Positions 1-11,631 of a stretch of 64,000 bases of DNA are shown here, one piece after another (position 1 is the first letter of the stretch; every line of letters starts with the position of its first letter). A program made the position numbers and the translations under genes. Source of the stretch: Squalus acanthias (lineage: Eukaryota). The notes under the pieces were generated by a model. It was not told the origin of the DNA and searched no databases. It saw only the letters and a list, made by a program, of their open reading frames with translations. The DNA is taken from NCBI GenBank assembly GCA_030390025.1, contig CM059432.1, positions 86,182,001-86,246,000 on the forward strand, read 5' to 3'.

Positions 1-1250
1 CTTCACTAAATGTTTAATCCTAGTGTGATGGGCAAAGATGATAGCTCCCTGCTAGGGTGCAGAGCGATAGCTAGGAACAGACTGGAATCCTCCGTCCCTG
101 CAGCCGTTTCTTTTTGCCAAAAATCCACCTTGTAGCTTGGTCCTGGATTTCACAGAAGTGTTCAAAGAAGCCATTTCATTGCATGCCTGTTAGTTTTATA
201 TGCCATAATCTTAACTTTGCTGTCACTAAAAAAAGACAAGAAATATGAAAGTGCCCTTTTACCCCCTTCCCAGCACAGTCCCAAAGAACCATGTTCAGGC
301 AAAGCTGACAGCTACAAGAACTCTCAATTACCTATCGGAATCAACAATTAGGACAGAACCCATTATGTCTTCCAATTAATTCTTTTGTGATTTCCTCATA
401 ATACCACCACACTTCAAGACATTCACCACCATATTCTATTGTTCAAGCTGGCAAGTAGAGTGTACTTGATCTCCAGACAAATCTACTAATAACACAGTAT
501 CGTGTATGAAAAAAGTACTGAAATTCTTTCAAAAATGCCTGGAATAGACAACTCTGAGACAACCCCGTTATGATGTCATCCAACAAATTGTTGATGAAGA
601 CGTTGAATAGGTTGGATAAGAAAGTAAAACCTTGCCTTAGTTCTCTTTTGAGTGAAATAGTTAAATGAGTCTCACATCTACTCTTATATTGATCTTGGAG
701 TGGAAAGCGCATCCTATATAAAATCCAAGATTTGGCCGTGTACTCCTTCAGCTTCCAGTTTCTTCATGATGGCTGTGTGAGGCTAGGTTGCAAGACTTAC
801 AAAATGGATCAAAGTAACCCAAGTAGAATCACCCTAAACTTTACAACATTCAGTGATCTGAATAAAGCTTCAACCTACTCTACACATTCCATGAATGCAA
901 AATCCAGATAGTTTCTTTCTGATTAATCCACAGGCCTCCAAAGAATTTGACACGAGTGCCACATATAAAGAGAAGACAGGCAAGATATCAGGGCATTGTT
1001 GAACCTCACCTCCATAAAGGAAATAATTCCAAAATTTGTTTCAAATCAGTCCTACACTACATCATAAAGTGGATACATGAATTCATAATAATGTAGATAG
1101 TGTTATCTGCAATTAGTGGTAGGATATCTCTAAACCCTTTTCACATGCTTATCAAAGTGAACTCTAGAATTCTATAGTAACCCATTTAAACCCAACTGTG
1201 ACTAATGTAACTTTACAGACTAAAAAATTGGGGAAAGTTGCCAATTGCTA
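1..1250 (-). pseudogene. Ancient, heavily degenerate non-LTR retrotransposon reverse transcriptase relic (clade not determined)
   Basis: Minus-strand fragments in RT order across frameshifts and stops: NFGIISL (~NYRGISL), PHTAIMKKLEAEGVHGQILDFI, ISLKRELRQG..LSNLFNVFINNLLD (ORF 443..712), a YxDDTVLL-like segment, MVVNVLKCG, and IQDQATRWIFG near position 130. Confidence 0.55.
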
Positions 1251-1529
1251 ATTTTAGTGAAAACTATAAACGTTTTGCTGGCGTCTACTTTTTCCTTTAA
1301 AATTAACCTTGGAAATGGTTTAGAACATCAACTTGCATAGCAATAGTCGTTGAAGACATCACTGTGGAGACATTCTATCAGCTGCAACAATTGAGATAGC
1401 AGCAGTTAACAATGTCAAAATAATAGTTTTACCACAATAGCATAGTTCATTCAAACTACATCACTATCATAAGGGGAAAAAATCACTTATACTAGCATGG
1501 TATGGAATAAAGCATCCTAAAGAGATATT

Positions 1530-2259
1530 GGGCCGTATTTTCCGATCGGAGGCTTCCTGTGTGCGGAGGCCTCCGATCTGGAAAAAATCTCTGGACTTAC
1601 CTGAGGGCTCCCGAGGTCCGGACACTTCTGCTCCTGGGCCTCTCCAACTCGAAATGTGCAGGGCCCACGTATCCCAGAGGCGCATGCAGTTCGCAAGCAT
1701 CCCTGGGATCCCATGGGGAGCCAACAGGAGAAGGGAATCTCCCTTCATACACTTGACAGATAGACCTGTCAAATATATGAATGGAGATCACCCCAAAAAC
1801 ACTGTAAAACATTAAATACATTTTTTTTTAAATCACATTTTTAAAATGAGTTGAAATTACAATAAATTAAATATTTTAAACAAAAATTAAAATTTTTGAA
1901 AAAAATAATTAAAGTTTTTTACGGGGCTAAAATAAACTTACCTTTTTAAAAAAGTATTTTTAAATGATAAATGAGTGGAAAAATATATATTTTTTTTACT
2001 TTTTTCAAATCTTATGCTGGTAAAAGCATTAAGATTTCTAAGGGTTTTCTGCGGGCGGAGGTTCTCCAGAAAGCGGAACTATCCGCCCGCAGAGGCCCTT
2101 CTCCAGGGCAGGCGTCCGATCTGTCAAGAGCATTCTTGACAGATCGAAAATGCCGGTTTTCAGCGCATGTGCTTGGCATGCCTGAAACCGGCATTTCCGA
2201 TGTCCCTACAGGTGTGTACACAGCGCATACACACCCATAGGGATCGGAATATACGGCCC
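1530..2259. mobile_element. Non-autonomous TIR element (Harbinger-type MITE), multi-hairpin family, divergent member
   Basis: TIRs GGGCCGTATTTTCCGATC ... GATCGGAATATACGGCCC with flanks ATT/AAT. GC-rich hairpin arms surround an AT-rich core homologous to that of 4990-5733. Confidence 0.85.
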
Positions 2260-3149
2260 AATGATGTTGAGTAACCTGACCTTCCAGACTGGCCTTGACT
2301 GATTATATTATCAGACCAGGGCCGTCAGGTATCCTTGATTCTGTTAATTGTATGATGTGCATTTGAATACACCATTTGCCAACTAGTTTTAGCTTTGGAC
2401 CATAAAGATAGTCATTTTTGCCGTTTTTGTGTTTCTTAGCACACATAATATTTTGCCTTTATTTGAAAAGCTTGTCAGTGCAAAGAATAAGTTGCAGACT
2501 CCATAATTCCTAAGAATTCTTGTGAACAATCTGTTTGGAAGTTAATTCTGTTAGCAGTTCTGACTTTATGACTGCCTGCTTTTACTGTTTTGGACAATAT
2601 TGTTCAAGTATACCAGTGGAACTCCCATGACGTTGCACCTGAGAGTCAAGAGCAAGGCCACTTTTCAGTTTAAGCTGGGTTAGAAGGTAGGGAGATAAAT
2701 GAATGGAGAGGATTGGAGAGGAGAGGATTACCTCTTCTATCATTAGATGAAGTGCTCAGAGCACCTTATTTTTTAAAGCTGTGTCCAACAAGAAGTGACT
2801 TTCATCTTGTTCCTGAAGTAACCTTTTCATTGATTTTCCAGTTTCAGCACCTTGTAGATTTTTTCAGGTGTTCTATGTTTCTTTCAATAATCTTGTTTAA
2901 AAAAAACAATTTTTCCCCTCTTGTGTGGTTCCAAAGGTGGGTTCCTTATTTTTGCTTTGGGTGGCTCTGTCACATAATGTTATGCCATGTAACGTTATAC
3001 TCACAGTGGTATACCTTTGAAATGTTGAAACTACACACCATTTTGAATCTATTTCTTAATTTTATGAAATAAATTTTTTCAAAACTCTGACTAGGGTTGT
3101 CAATTTTCCTAAGCAGATGTACATTAAAATTGCTGAATCTTTCCATCAT

Positions 3150-3350
3150 TCTTCTCACTGGCCCAACCTACCTATTCTCACCTGCTTCACTGGCTCCCCA
3201 GAAAGCTAAGTTTAAAATTTGCATTCTCACCTTCAAATCCTTCCAATGTCCTCTCTACTTCCGCAATCTCCTCCAGCATTATATCCCTATACAAACCTCC
3301 ACTCCTCCAGCGCCAGCTTACATGTCATTTCCCTCTCCTCCCAATCCTTC
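3150..3350 (+). mobile_element. Old L2 LINE 3' coding fragment
   Basis: cactggctcccc...tttaaaatttgcattctcaccttcaaatcc resembles the LHWL..FKIL.L..K region of the L2 copy at ~13980-14050. Confidence 0.45.
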
Positions 3351-3399
3351 AGACAAGGTCAAACATCCTCTGGAACCATGCTCCATCAGCATCTCTACC

Positions 3400-4090
3400 T
3401 CACCAACTCCTCCCAGAGATGCCAGTGGGGTGGTGGGGGGTGGTAGGATCACGCCGCGTTCCCATCCCACACCATTTTAACACACCATCCAAGCACAGAT
3501 AGGCTGTCCATCCCAAAGGAGCTGGGTCATAATTTAAACAGCAAAGTCGCATTCCAATGATATCGTTGGGAAGCACAGGCCATTTTCACTGTGGGTCGAT
3601 TAAGGGTAGCAGAGTCTCAGGCCTGCCAGCTAAAGCTGGTGACAGCAAGGATCCTGGCCACAGAAAGCCCAAGTAAGTGTTTTTTTTTACTTTTAATGAT
3701 TTTTTGTGGGCCAGGAGGAGCAGGTGTGCTCTTCCTGGACCCACAAGGATACCTTGGACATCCCCTGCACTGAGCTATCCCCTCCTCCAATCATGGATTT
3801 CCCAGATCTCCCCCCTTCCCCCCAATACTTACTTACCTTGCCGGGGACCGTATCTGTGGGTCCCCGTCAGCGGTCTGACCTGCCCCCTCCTCCGTCGGCG
3901 GTCTGATCTGCCCCCTCCCTATTTTTGACTCCCGCCTGCTGGTGATTACGTTTCCACCAACTTCAGTATCAGAATATGTTAATGGGGCCCGGAAGTTAAA
4001 ATGTGCCGAGCCTCATGCTCCGGGGGACCGGACAGTTCGATTCAGCCCCTGCACATACAATACTCCCTTAAAGTTAAAAAAAATCGGCCC
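3400..4090. mobile_element. Probable non-autonomous Harbinger-type element (left end not resolved)
   Basis: Right end AAAATCGGCCC resembles the other TIRs. The internal segment gtaagt...ttgtgggccaggaggagc...caagga..ccttgg is shared with 38518-38610. Confidence 0.45.
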
Positions 4091-4423
4091 TCAAGTATCT
4101 ACATTATGGACAAGCCATTTTCCTTTCTTGTCACAATGAGAGAAACCTATATTAACACATTATTTATATAGAAAACATTGAGGAGCACAGATATATTTTA
4201 ACAGCAGATGGTGAAAAATTAAACCTACCAAAAGAGTTTTTTTGAATAATTAATGACATAAGAAAACCAACCACCTACTTAGACAATCCAGAAAAATAAA
4301 CCCTGCTCACGCTGCTTTTTCCAGGAAGGACTGCAGAATGACTTTTAAAAATGATTGACATATAAATCTCTGTTTATAGTTCAAATAATTTAAATTTTGG
4401 GTTCACACTAAATATTCAGCATA

Positions 4424-5968
4424 AATGTGGGACAAAATTAATTGGCATTTGGAAAAGTATGGGCTAATAAATGAAAGTCAGCATGGATTTGTTAAAGTTA
4501 AATCGTGCTTGACTAACCTGATCGAGTTCTTTGATGTAGTAATGGAGAGGATTGATGAGCATAGTGCGGTTGATGTTGTGTATATGGACTTTCAAAAGGT
4601 GATTGACAAAGTACCACATAATAGACATATTAGCAAAATTAAAGCCCATGGGATTAAAGGGACAATGGCAGCTTGGACACAAAATTGGCTAAGGGACAAA
4701 AAGCAGAGAGTCGTGGTGAACGATTATTTTTCAGACTGGAGGGAAGTATACAGTGGTGTTCCCCATGGGTCGGTACTAGGACCACTGCTCTTTTTAATAT
4801 ATATTAATGACCTGAACTTGGGTATACAGGGTATAATTTCAAAATTTGCAGATGACACAAAACTCGGAAATGTAGTAAGCAATGAGGAGGATAGTAACAG
4901 ACTTCAAGAGGACATAGACAGACTGGTAAAATGGGCAGACACATGGCAGATGCAATTTAATGCAATTTGTAAAAATGAGGAGAGGCAATGGCCCAGAAAT
5001 TGATCTCGCTCTGTTCCCGCGGGGGTAAGCCTTCCCCGCGATGTCTCACCTCACTTATGCTTTTTCTGATCCAGCTCGCACGAACTTGATGTTCCAGACA
5101 TCAGCTGTGCTGGGCTTGCGTATCCCAGCGGCGTAGTGAATTCGTGCGAGCTGTGGGATCACGTGACTCAGTTAGAGCCAATGGCAGCACACCATCTTCC
5201 ATTCATAAGTCTCACAGCATGGCTGTGAGACTTATGAATCTTACACCCCCCCAAAATAACAGCTAAACCTCAATTAAATTTTAAAAAAAAACCATCACAT
5301 TAATAAAATAAGTATAGTTAATTAAATTAACCATTTTAAATAAAAAATTAAATTTTTGAAAAAATTTAAAATCTTTTAAAAAGTTATAAAAATAAACTTA
5401 CCTGTCTTTAAAGTCTATAAAAAAGATATACCTGTAAAAAAAAATTCAAAAAAATACTTAATTCACTACTTACCTTCTTAAAAGCGGGTCTTACTCCTCC
5501 TTTTTACATTTCCAAAATCTTCCCTACTTACCTGCGCGTCCAAAGCATGAAGTGCACAGCGTGCGCGCAGCCTGTAGTGCGCACGCGATGCACCCAGGCC
5601 CCGCCCCCTTTTCGGAAGAGCAATTGCCGGTTTTCAGCGCATGCGCAGGGCATGCAGAAAACCGGCAATTGGAGTGGGAATACGCGAGAGTATGCAGTGC
5701 GTACTCTCGCGTCCCGGGATCAATTTTCGGCCCAATATGAACTAAATGGTACAATTTTAAAGGGGGTGCAGGGTGGTATGAACACAAATCTTTGAAGATG
5801 GCAGGACAAGTTGAGAAGGCTGTCAAAAAAGCATAGGGGATCCTTTGCTTTATTAAAAGAGGAATAGAGTACTAAAGCAAGGGACTTATGCTAAATCTTT
5901 ATAAAACACTGGTTAGGTCTCAGCTGGAGTATTGTGTTCAATTCTGGGTACCACACTTTAGGAAAGAT
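4424..5968 (+). mobile_element. CR1 LINE ORF2 (RT) fragment, split by the MITE at 4990-5733
   Basis: ORF 4425..5003 has [28 protein letters not shown]. It resumes after 5733 and matches the CR1 at 63190-64000. Confidence 0.92.
4990..5733. mobile_element. Non-autonomous TIR element (Harbinger-type MITE), multi-hairpin family, copy 1
   Basis: 16-bp imperfect TIRs GGCCCAGAAATTGATC / GATCAATTTTCGGCCC and an AAT target duplication. Removing it restores the CR1 sequence. A near-identical copy lies at 42583-43326. Confidence 0.93.
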
Positions 5969-5969
5969 G

Positions 5970-6362
5970 GAAAATGTTACAGATGAACAGCATTTAAAAA
6001 GAAACAGAACAAAAGGAGAGATGTAGGAGAAAAGCACAGGCATAAGAAATGAAACAATGATCTGTAAAGTGCTTAAGTGGAAAACAGGAGATGGTTAAAT
6101 TGCAGAAGTAGTGTTAGCATGAGACAATAGGAGGCATAATGAGAGAAATAAAATAAATACATCCAAAAGACAAAGAAAATATGAACAGCTGAGGTGTAGG
6201 ATGAGGCAGGTAGAAATAGAAGCACGGAGGTAGAAATAGCTCTGTTCACAAATGCAACCCCAAGCTCCATGTAGCTTGCCACTTCAATTCCCTGCCCCAT
6301 TCCCATTCTGACATCTCTGTCTTTGGCCTTCCATACTGTTCTAGTGAAGCTGAATATAAGGA
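5970..6362. mobile_element. Penelope-like element, 5' part: inverted arm (~5970-6230) plus GIY-YIG C-terminal coding segment (~6245-6362, +)
   Basis: The plus strand at 6248-6360 reads KCNPKLHVACHFNSLPHSHSDISVFGLPYCSSEAEYK. 5970-6230 is a diverged reverse complement of ~10072-10335. Confidence 0.75.
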
Positions 6363-6364
6363 TT

Positions 6365-9300
6365 ACATACATACATAGGATATACAGCACAGAAACAGAC
6401 CATTCGGCCCAACCAGTCCATGCCGGCATTTATACTGCACTCGAGGCTCCTCCTGTCTTTCCTGATCTAAATCTATCAGCATAACCCTCTATTCCCTTCC
6501 CCCTCTTATGCTTATCTAGCCTCCCCTTAAATAGCGAGTTCCACATTCTCACCACTCTCTGGGTAAAGAAGTTTCTTCTGAATTCCCTATTGGATTTCTT
6601 GGTGACTATCTTATATTGATGGCCTCTAGTTTTGCTCTTCCCCACAAGTGGAAACACTCTTTGTGTGTCTACTCTATCAAAACCTTTCATAATTTTAAAG
6701 ACCTCTATTAGGTCACCCATCAGCCTTCTCTTTTCAAGAGAAAAAAGACCCAGCCTGTTCATCCTTTCTGATAGGTATAACCTCACATTTCTGGTATCAT
6801 CCTTGTAAATCTTTTTTGCACCCTCTCCAGTGCCTCTATATCCTTTTTATAATATGGCGACCAGGATTGTACACAGTACTCCAAGTGTGGTCTAACCAAG
6901 GTTCAATACAAGTTTAGCATAACTTCTCTACTATTCAATTCTATCCCTCTAGAAATAAACCCGAGTGCTTGGTTTGCCTTATTAACCTGCATTGCTACTT
7001 TTAGTGATTAGTGTATTTGTACTCCAAGATCCCTTTGCTCTTCTACCCCATTTAGATTCTTATTTTCCAAGTAATATGTGACCATCTTATTTTTCTTACC
7101 AAAATGTAATACCTCACAATAATCTGTGTTGAAATTTATTTGCCAATTATATGCCCATTCAGCAAGTTTATTCATGTATTCTTGTAATTTGTTGCAGTCC
7201 TCCTCAGTATTGACTACCCACCCAATTTGATGTCATCCACAAATTTAGAAATTGTGCTTTTGATTCCAAAGTCTAAATCGTTAATATAAATTGTGAACAA
7301 CATTGTTCCCAGCACTGATCCTTCTGGGACCCCACTTTCCACCACTCTGAATAGTTACCCTTTACCGTCTCTGCTCTCTATCTTGAAGCCAGCTCGCTAG
7401 CCATTCTGCTACTTGTCTCCTGATTCCAAATTCTATGACCTTATTCATTAGTCTATTATGTGGTACCCTGTCGAAGACATTTGGGAAATCTAGATAAATT
7501 ACATCTACTGCATTACCCTTATCTACTCGCTCTTCAAAGAATTCAATGAGGTTGATCAAGCAAGACTTTCCTTTTGAAATCCATGCTGACTATTCATTAC
7601 TATATTTTTGGCTTCTAGATGTTCTTCTATTTTCTCCTTTAGCAGGGATTCCATTATTATAAGCTGACTGGTCTATAGTTCCCTGGACATGTTCTGTCTC
7701 CCTTCTTAAATATAGGTATTACGTTAGCTATCCGCCAGTTCTCCGGCACACCTTTTTCTAACAAATTATTAAATATATGTAATAGTGCTCTGCTATCTCT
7801 TCCCTAGATTCTTTTAAAATATGCGGATGTAATCCATCCGGATCAGGTGTTTTATCCTCTTCGAGTTTGATTAGTTTATTTAATATTTCTCTTTTTATTT
7901 TAATTGCGGTTATATCATTTCTAATCTCATCTTCCGATGTCATGTCCAACTGATCTGTCTCACTGGTAAATACTGAAGCAAAGTAATTATTTAATATTTC
8001 TGCTATTTCGCTATCACTGCCTGTGATTTTATCCTGACCGTCCCTTAGTGGCCCTAAATCCATCCTGACTTTCCCTTTTTTATTTATATGCCTGTAGAAT
8101 ATTTTACTGTTTTGTTTTATATTCCTTGATAATTTAATTTCATTGTTCCTCTTTGCCTTCCTAATTATTTTTATGACTTCTCTCCTAATCTCTTCATATT
8201 CTCCCTTATCATGCTCTCCCCTGCTGTCCATGTACTTAGTGCAAGCCTCTTTCCTGACCCTCAATTTTTCCCTTATGTCTTTATCCATCCATGGTGTCTC
8301 TTTAGTGTTTAGCTTGTTCTTGTTTTTTAGCTAAATATATTTTTCCTGGACTCTCTTGATCACCATTTTAAATGTTTCCCATTGCTGTTCTACGTCATTG
8401 TTTGCCAATATTGTTGTCCATGTCATTTTCCCAAGTTCTATTCTCAGCCCCTCAAAATCGGCTTTTCTCCAATCTATTACCATGGTCTTCATCATACTTA
8501 TGTCCTTCTCAATTATTATCTTAAAGCGTATTATATTATGGCCACTATTGCCTAGATGTTTCCCTACTTTTACTTCTCTTATCTGCTCTGGTTCATTCCC
8601 CATTACTAGATCCATAGCGAATCCTCCCTTATCAGGCTTCTTACATATTGGGTTAGAAAGGAGTCCTGTACAAATTGTAGGAACTCCATTCCCTTATCCC
8701 CTTTACCTACCTCTTCTGGCTAATTAATTTCGGAGTGGTTGAAATCCCCCATGATTATTATTCTATGTTTTTTACTCATTTCCCTAATTTGTGTGCATAT
8801 TTCTTCCTCCACCTCCCTTCCACTATTAGGTCATCTGTAGACTACCCCTATTAGTGTGATTGATCCTTTAATATCTTTTATCTCTATCCACATGGATTCT
8901 ATTTCTGTCTTACTGATAGCTGCGTCACTTTTTTCTACTGCCATTATGTTATTTCCAATAAGTACAGCTACTCCACCTCCCCTTTTTCCCTCTCTATCTT
9001 TTCTAAATATGTTGTACCTGCAATGTTTAATTCCCAGTCCTGATTTTTCTGTAGTCATGTCTCAGTAATCCTAACTATATCTGGTTCCTTGCAATGTATT
9101 ATTGCCTCCAGTTCCCCTGTTTTATTACGGATACTGTGTGCATTGCTGTTCAGACAGTTTAACTCATTTTTAATAGTAGTTCCTCTCACTTTATTTTTAA
9201 CCATCTTTTTACACTCCTGTTCTATAATTCTATTTATTCCCTGGCCATCTATGTCCTGCCTTAGTTTAGTCTTTCCTATGCTCTCTTTTCCTGTTTCGTT

Positions 9301-9771
9301 CATATTTAGGCTGGTTTCATTTCTTGTAGATCCTTTAATTTTAACTTTTTACCATTATTCCCTGCTTTCACCTTATTCGCTAATGCGCTATTACTGTTAA
9401 ACTCTCTGTCCCTTCCTGTCACACTCTGCTTACCTTTACCCAAATCGCTACACTGCTCCATTGCCTTGACTTTTCTCTTTAGATTTCTAAATTTCCCCTC
9501 ACCTGACCCCTCCCCCCCCCTTTTTAGTTTAAAGCCCTATCTACAGCCCCAGTTATTCGATTCGCCAGGACACTGGTCCTGGCCTGGTTTAAGTGGAGCC
9601 CATCTCAACGGAACAGCTCCTTCTTTCCCCAGTACTGGTGCCAGTGCCCCATGATTCGAAACCCCTTCCTTCCACACCACTCTTTGAGCCACGCATTTAA
9701 CTCCCTGATCTGCTTGTCCCTATGCCAACTTGCGCGTGGCTCAGGTAACAATCCAGATATTATTACCTTTG
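6365..9771 (-). mobile_element. CR1 LINE (end of ORF1, linker, degenerate EN-RT ORF2, 3' tail); chimeric at ~9333
   Basis: Minus ORFs give ORF1 esterase end (SKVIISGLLPEPRA), APE endonuclease (DREGKRGGGVAVLI), RT and C-terminal fragments, with the CR1 tail at ~6370-6480. 6370-9333 matches 30577-33008, while 9333-9550 matches 54581-54800. Confidence 0.92.
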
Positions 9772-10410
9772 AGGAACAGCACCGTATTTTTCTATTAGGC
9801 ACTCTGCAGCTTTCTGGCCTTAAGATCAACTTCAATAACTTCAGACCTAACTATAGCTCCTGATTTTCTCTGCGGCAGGAAGTGCTAGCGATATGGGATG
9901 GGTATGCCGTCATTTCCCAGGGGGGTGGTGGGGTGAAAGAGAGAGAACAGATTGGTGCTGGGGGTCGAGACCCTCCATCAGATGGCCATGCTCTCAGGGT
10001 GGTTTTCAATCTTGATGTTGGCCTGTTTTTTCTTTTCCCAAGCTCCTGGTCCACTGGAGCCTGTCAGTTTTTCGTGCTTTGATTTCTACCTGCCTCATCC
10101 CCCACCTCCTTAGCTATTCATATGTTCTCCGTATCTTGTAAATGTCTTTAACTTCTTGATTTCACTCATTGTGCTCCCTGTTGTCTCATGCTAATATCAT
10201 TACTACCATTTAGTCATCCCCAGTTTTCCACTTAAGCACTTTACAGGTTATTCCATTTCTTTTACCGTGTGTGTGTTTTTTCCTCTCTCCCTTCCCTTTA
10301 TTCTGTTCCTTTTTTAAATGTTTTTCATCTGTAATATCCTCTAGTTTTGACAAAGGGTCCACCCTGAAATGTTAACTCCTCTGTTCTCTCCACAGATGCT
10401 GTCTAATATG
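9772..10410 (+). mobile_element. Penelope-like element, 3' part (end of GIY-YIG ORF and 3' terminal repeat)
   Basis: EEQHRIFLLGTLQLSGLKINFNNFR continues the peptide broken at 6362 (E..xI..LxTLxPxGLN motif of Penelope endonucleases). It ends in the terminal sequence also seen at 47690-47822. Confidence 0.75.
10343..10377 (+). ncRNA. Degenerate minimal hammerhead ribozyme motif in a Penelope terminal repeat
   Basis: agt-tttgacaa-AGGGT-cc-ACCCT-gaaatgtta-act: decayed CUGANGA box, helix II, GAAA box and palindromic helix III. The core is mutated. Confidence 0.5.
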
Positions 10411-10478
10411 CCAGTTAAACAACAGCTCCTAAGTTCAAGTTATTAAATTTCAAATGGCTAATGTGATTAATGGTTACT

Positions 10479-10633
10479 TCAGCCAAGGTTTTGGATCGTT
10501 TCCCGTTTCCATTTAACCAGTTGCGCCCCATCTAATGGGTAATCTGTGGCATCGAGAACATTTTCCTTCATTTTTTGGTCTGTTGTAAGGCAGTGGTTTA
10601 CTGTGCTTTGTTGGTAAATACTGCCATCTGCTG
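10479..10633 (-). CDS. Possible host-gene coding exon (terminal?), product unknown
   Basis: Non-repetitive-looking sequence. Acceptor ttatag|, phase-1 open frame ADGSIYQQSTVNHCLTTDQKMKENVLDATDYPLDGAQLVKWKRETIQNLG*, phase-compatible with exon 39467-39606. The pyrimidine tract is weak. Confidence 0.25.
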
Positions 10634-11069
10634 CTATAAGACATCTGCAACAGTTTCCTAAGGAAGAGCACATTATAGAATAGAACATGCATTTAATACC
10701 CAATTATACATACTATAGGTTCCTGATTACAACAACGCCATGAGGGGAAGGCACTACATTTAGACAAGGTGAGGCACTGGCTGGCTATACTTCTCACAAA
10801 GGAAAAGGTGATTGCTGTGTGCACTTCAATACACTCAGTCTCTCACTGTCTCTATTGTTTTGCACAGATCCTGAAAGCCTCCTGTCTTCAATCTTCTTCA
10901 CCGTTTTTCAAACTTACAGCAATGAATCCTCATTAGTAAAAGCTTTCAAGTTTTAATGTTTTCTCATCTGCATGAAACACATTTTTTCACTTACCATTCC
11001 CTCTTCTAACATGGGCTTCCTAAATGGCACTTCTCAGTGTGCAATAACCCTCATCCCTGATTCAGTTCA

Positions 11070-11625
11070 TACAGGAGAAAGCAGCTCACAATCAAAGGTA
11101 GCACTTGGCAACAGGAGGAGAGGAAGCTTCCATGAGGGATCTCATCCACTTTGAGGAGTAGGCCAACTCCATACAAAAAATAAGTGCTGGAGGTTGTAGG
11201 AGATGGAGAAGCGGGAGTCCCAGCAAAGGGCTTGTATCCTAATGCGCCTTCCAGAACACTGCAATATAACAACCTATCAGAAGGATTCTCACACAATCTT
11301 TCCAGCAGTAGCAGAACAATGTGAAATGCTTGGCCATCTCACATTAGTATTACCATTATAAGCTCCTTTTTGTCACTCTGTCTGTTTGTGTTTTTTCACA
11401 GAATCTTTTCAGATTTCCAAAGCCAGCCCCTCCCAGGAATAGCACACTTAGCACCACATCACTGCACTTACCCCATCCACTCACAAGTTCAGCTACATCT
11501 ACCCCAGAAGGTTTAAATAGACAGCAGGAGGACAGCACATGTGGTGAGTCACAAGCAAGGTGGACAGGAACAAGTGGAGGAAGAGCGCAGGGTTCCTTCA
11601 CCAGAGGGTGGGGTCACCTCCCTCC
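11070..11625 (+). pseudogene. Old relic of a Harbinger Myb/SANT gene (exon 2-3 region)
   Basis: Shares catgtggtgagtcac and flanking similarity with 44900-45070. A KVA..NRR...FEE-like segment resembles exon 2 at 44536. Confidence 0.5.
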
Positions 11626-11631
11626 TCAGTT

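Noticed and set aside
2260..3110. Possible large minus-strand coding exon
   Set aside because: Stops occurred in every frame tried and no motif was recognised, so it is left unassigned.
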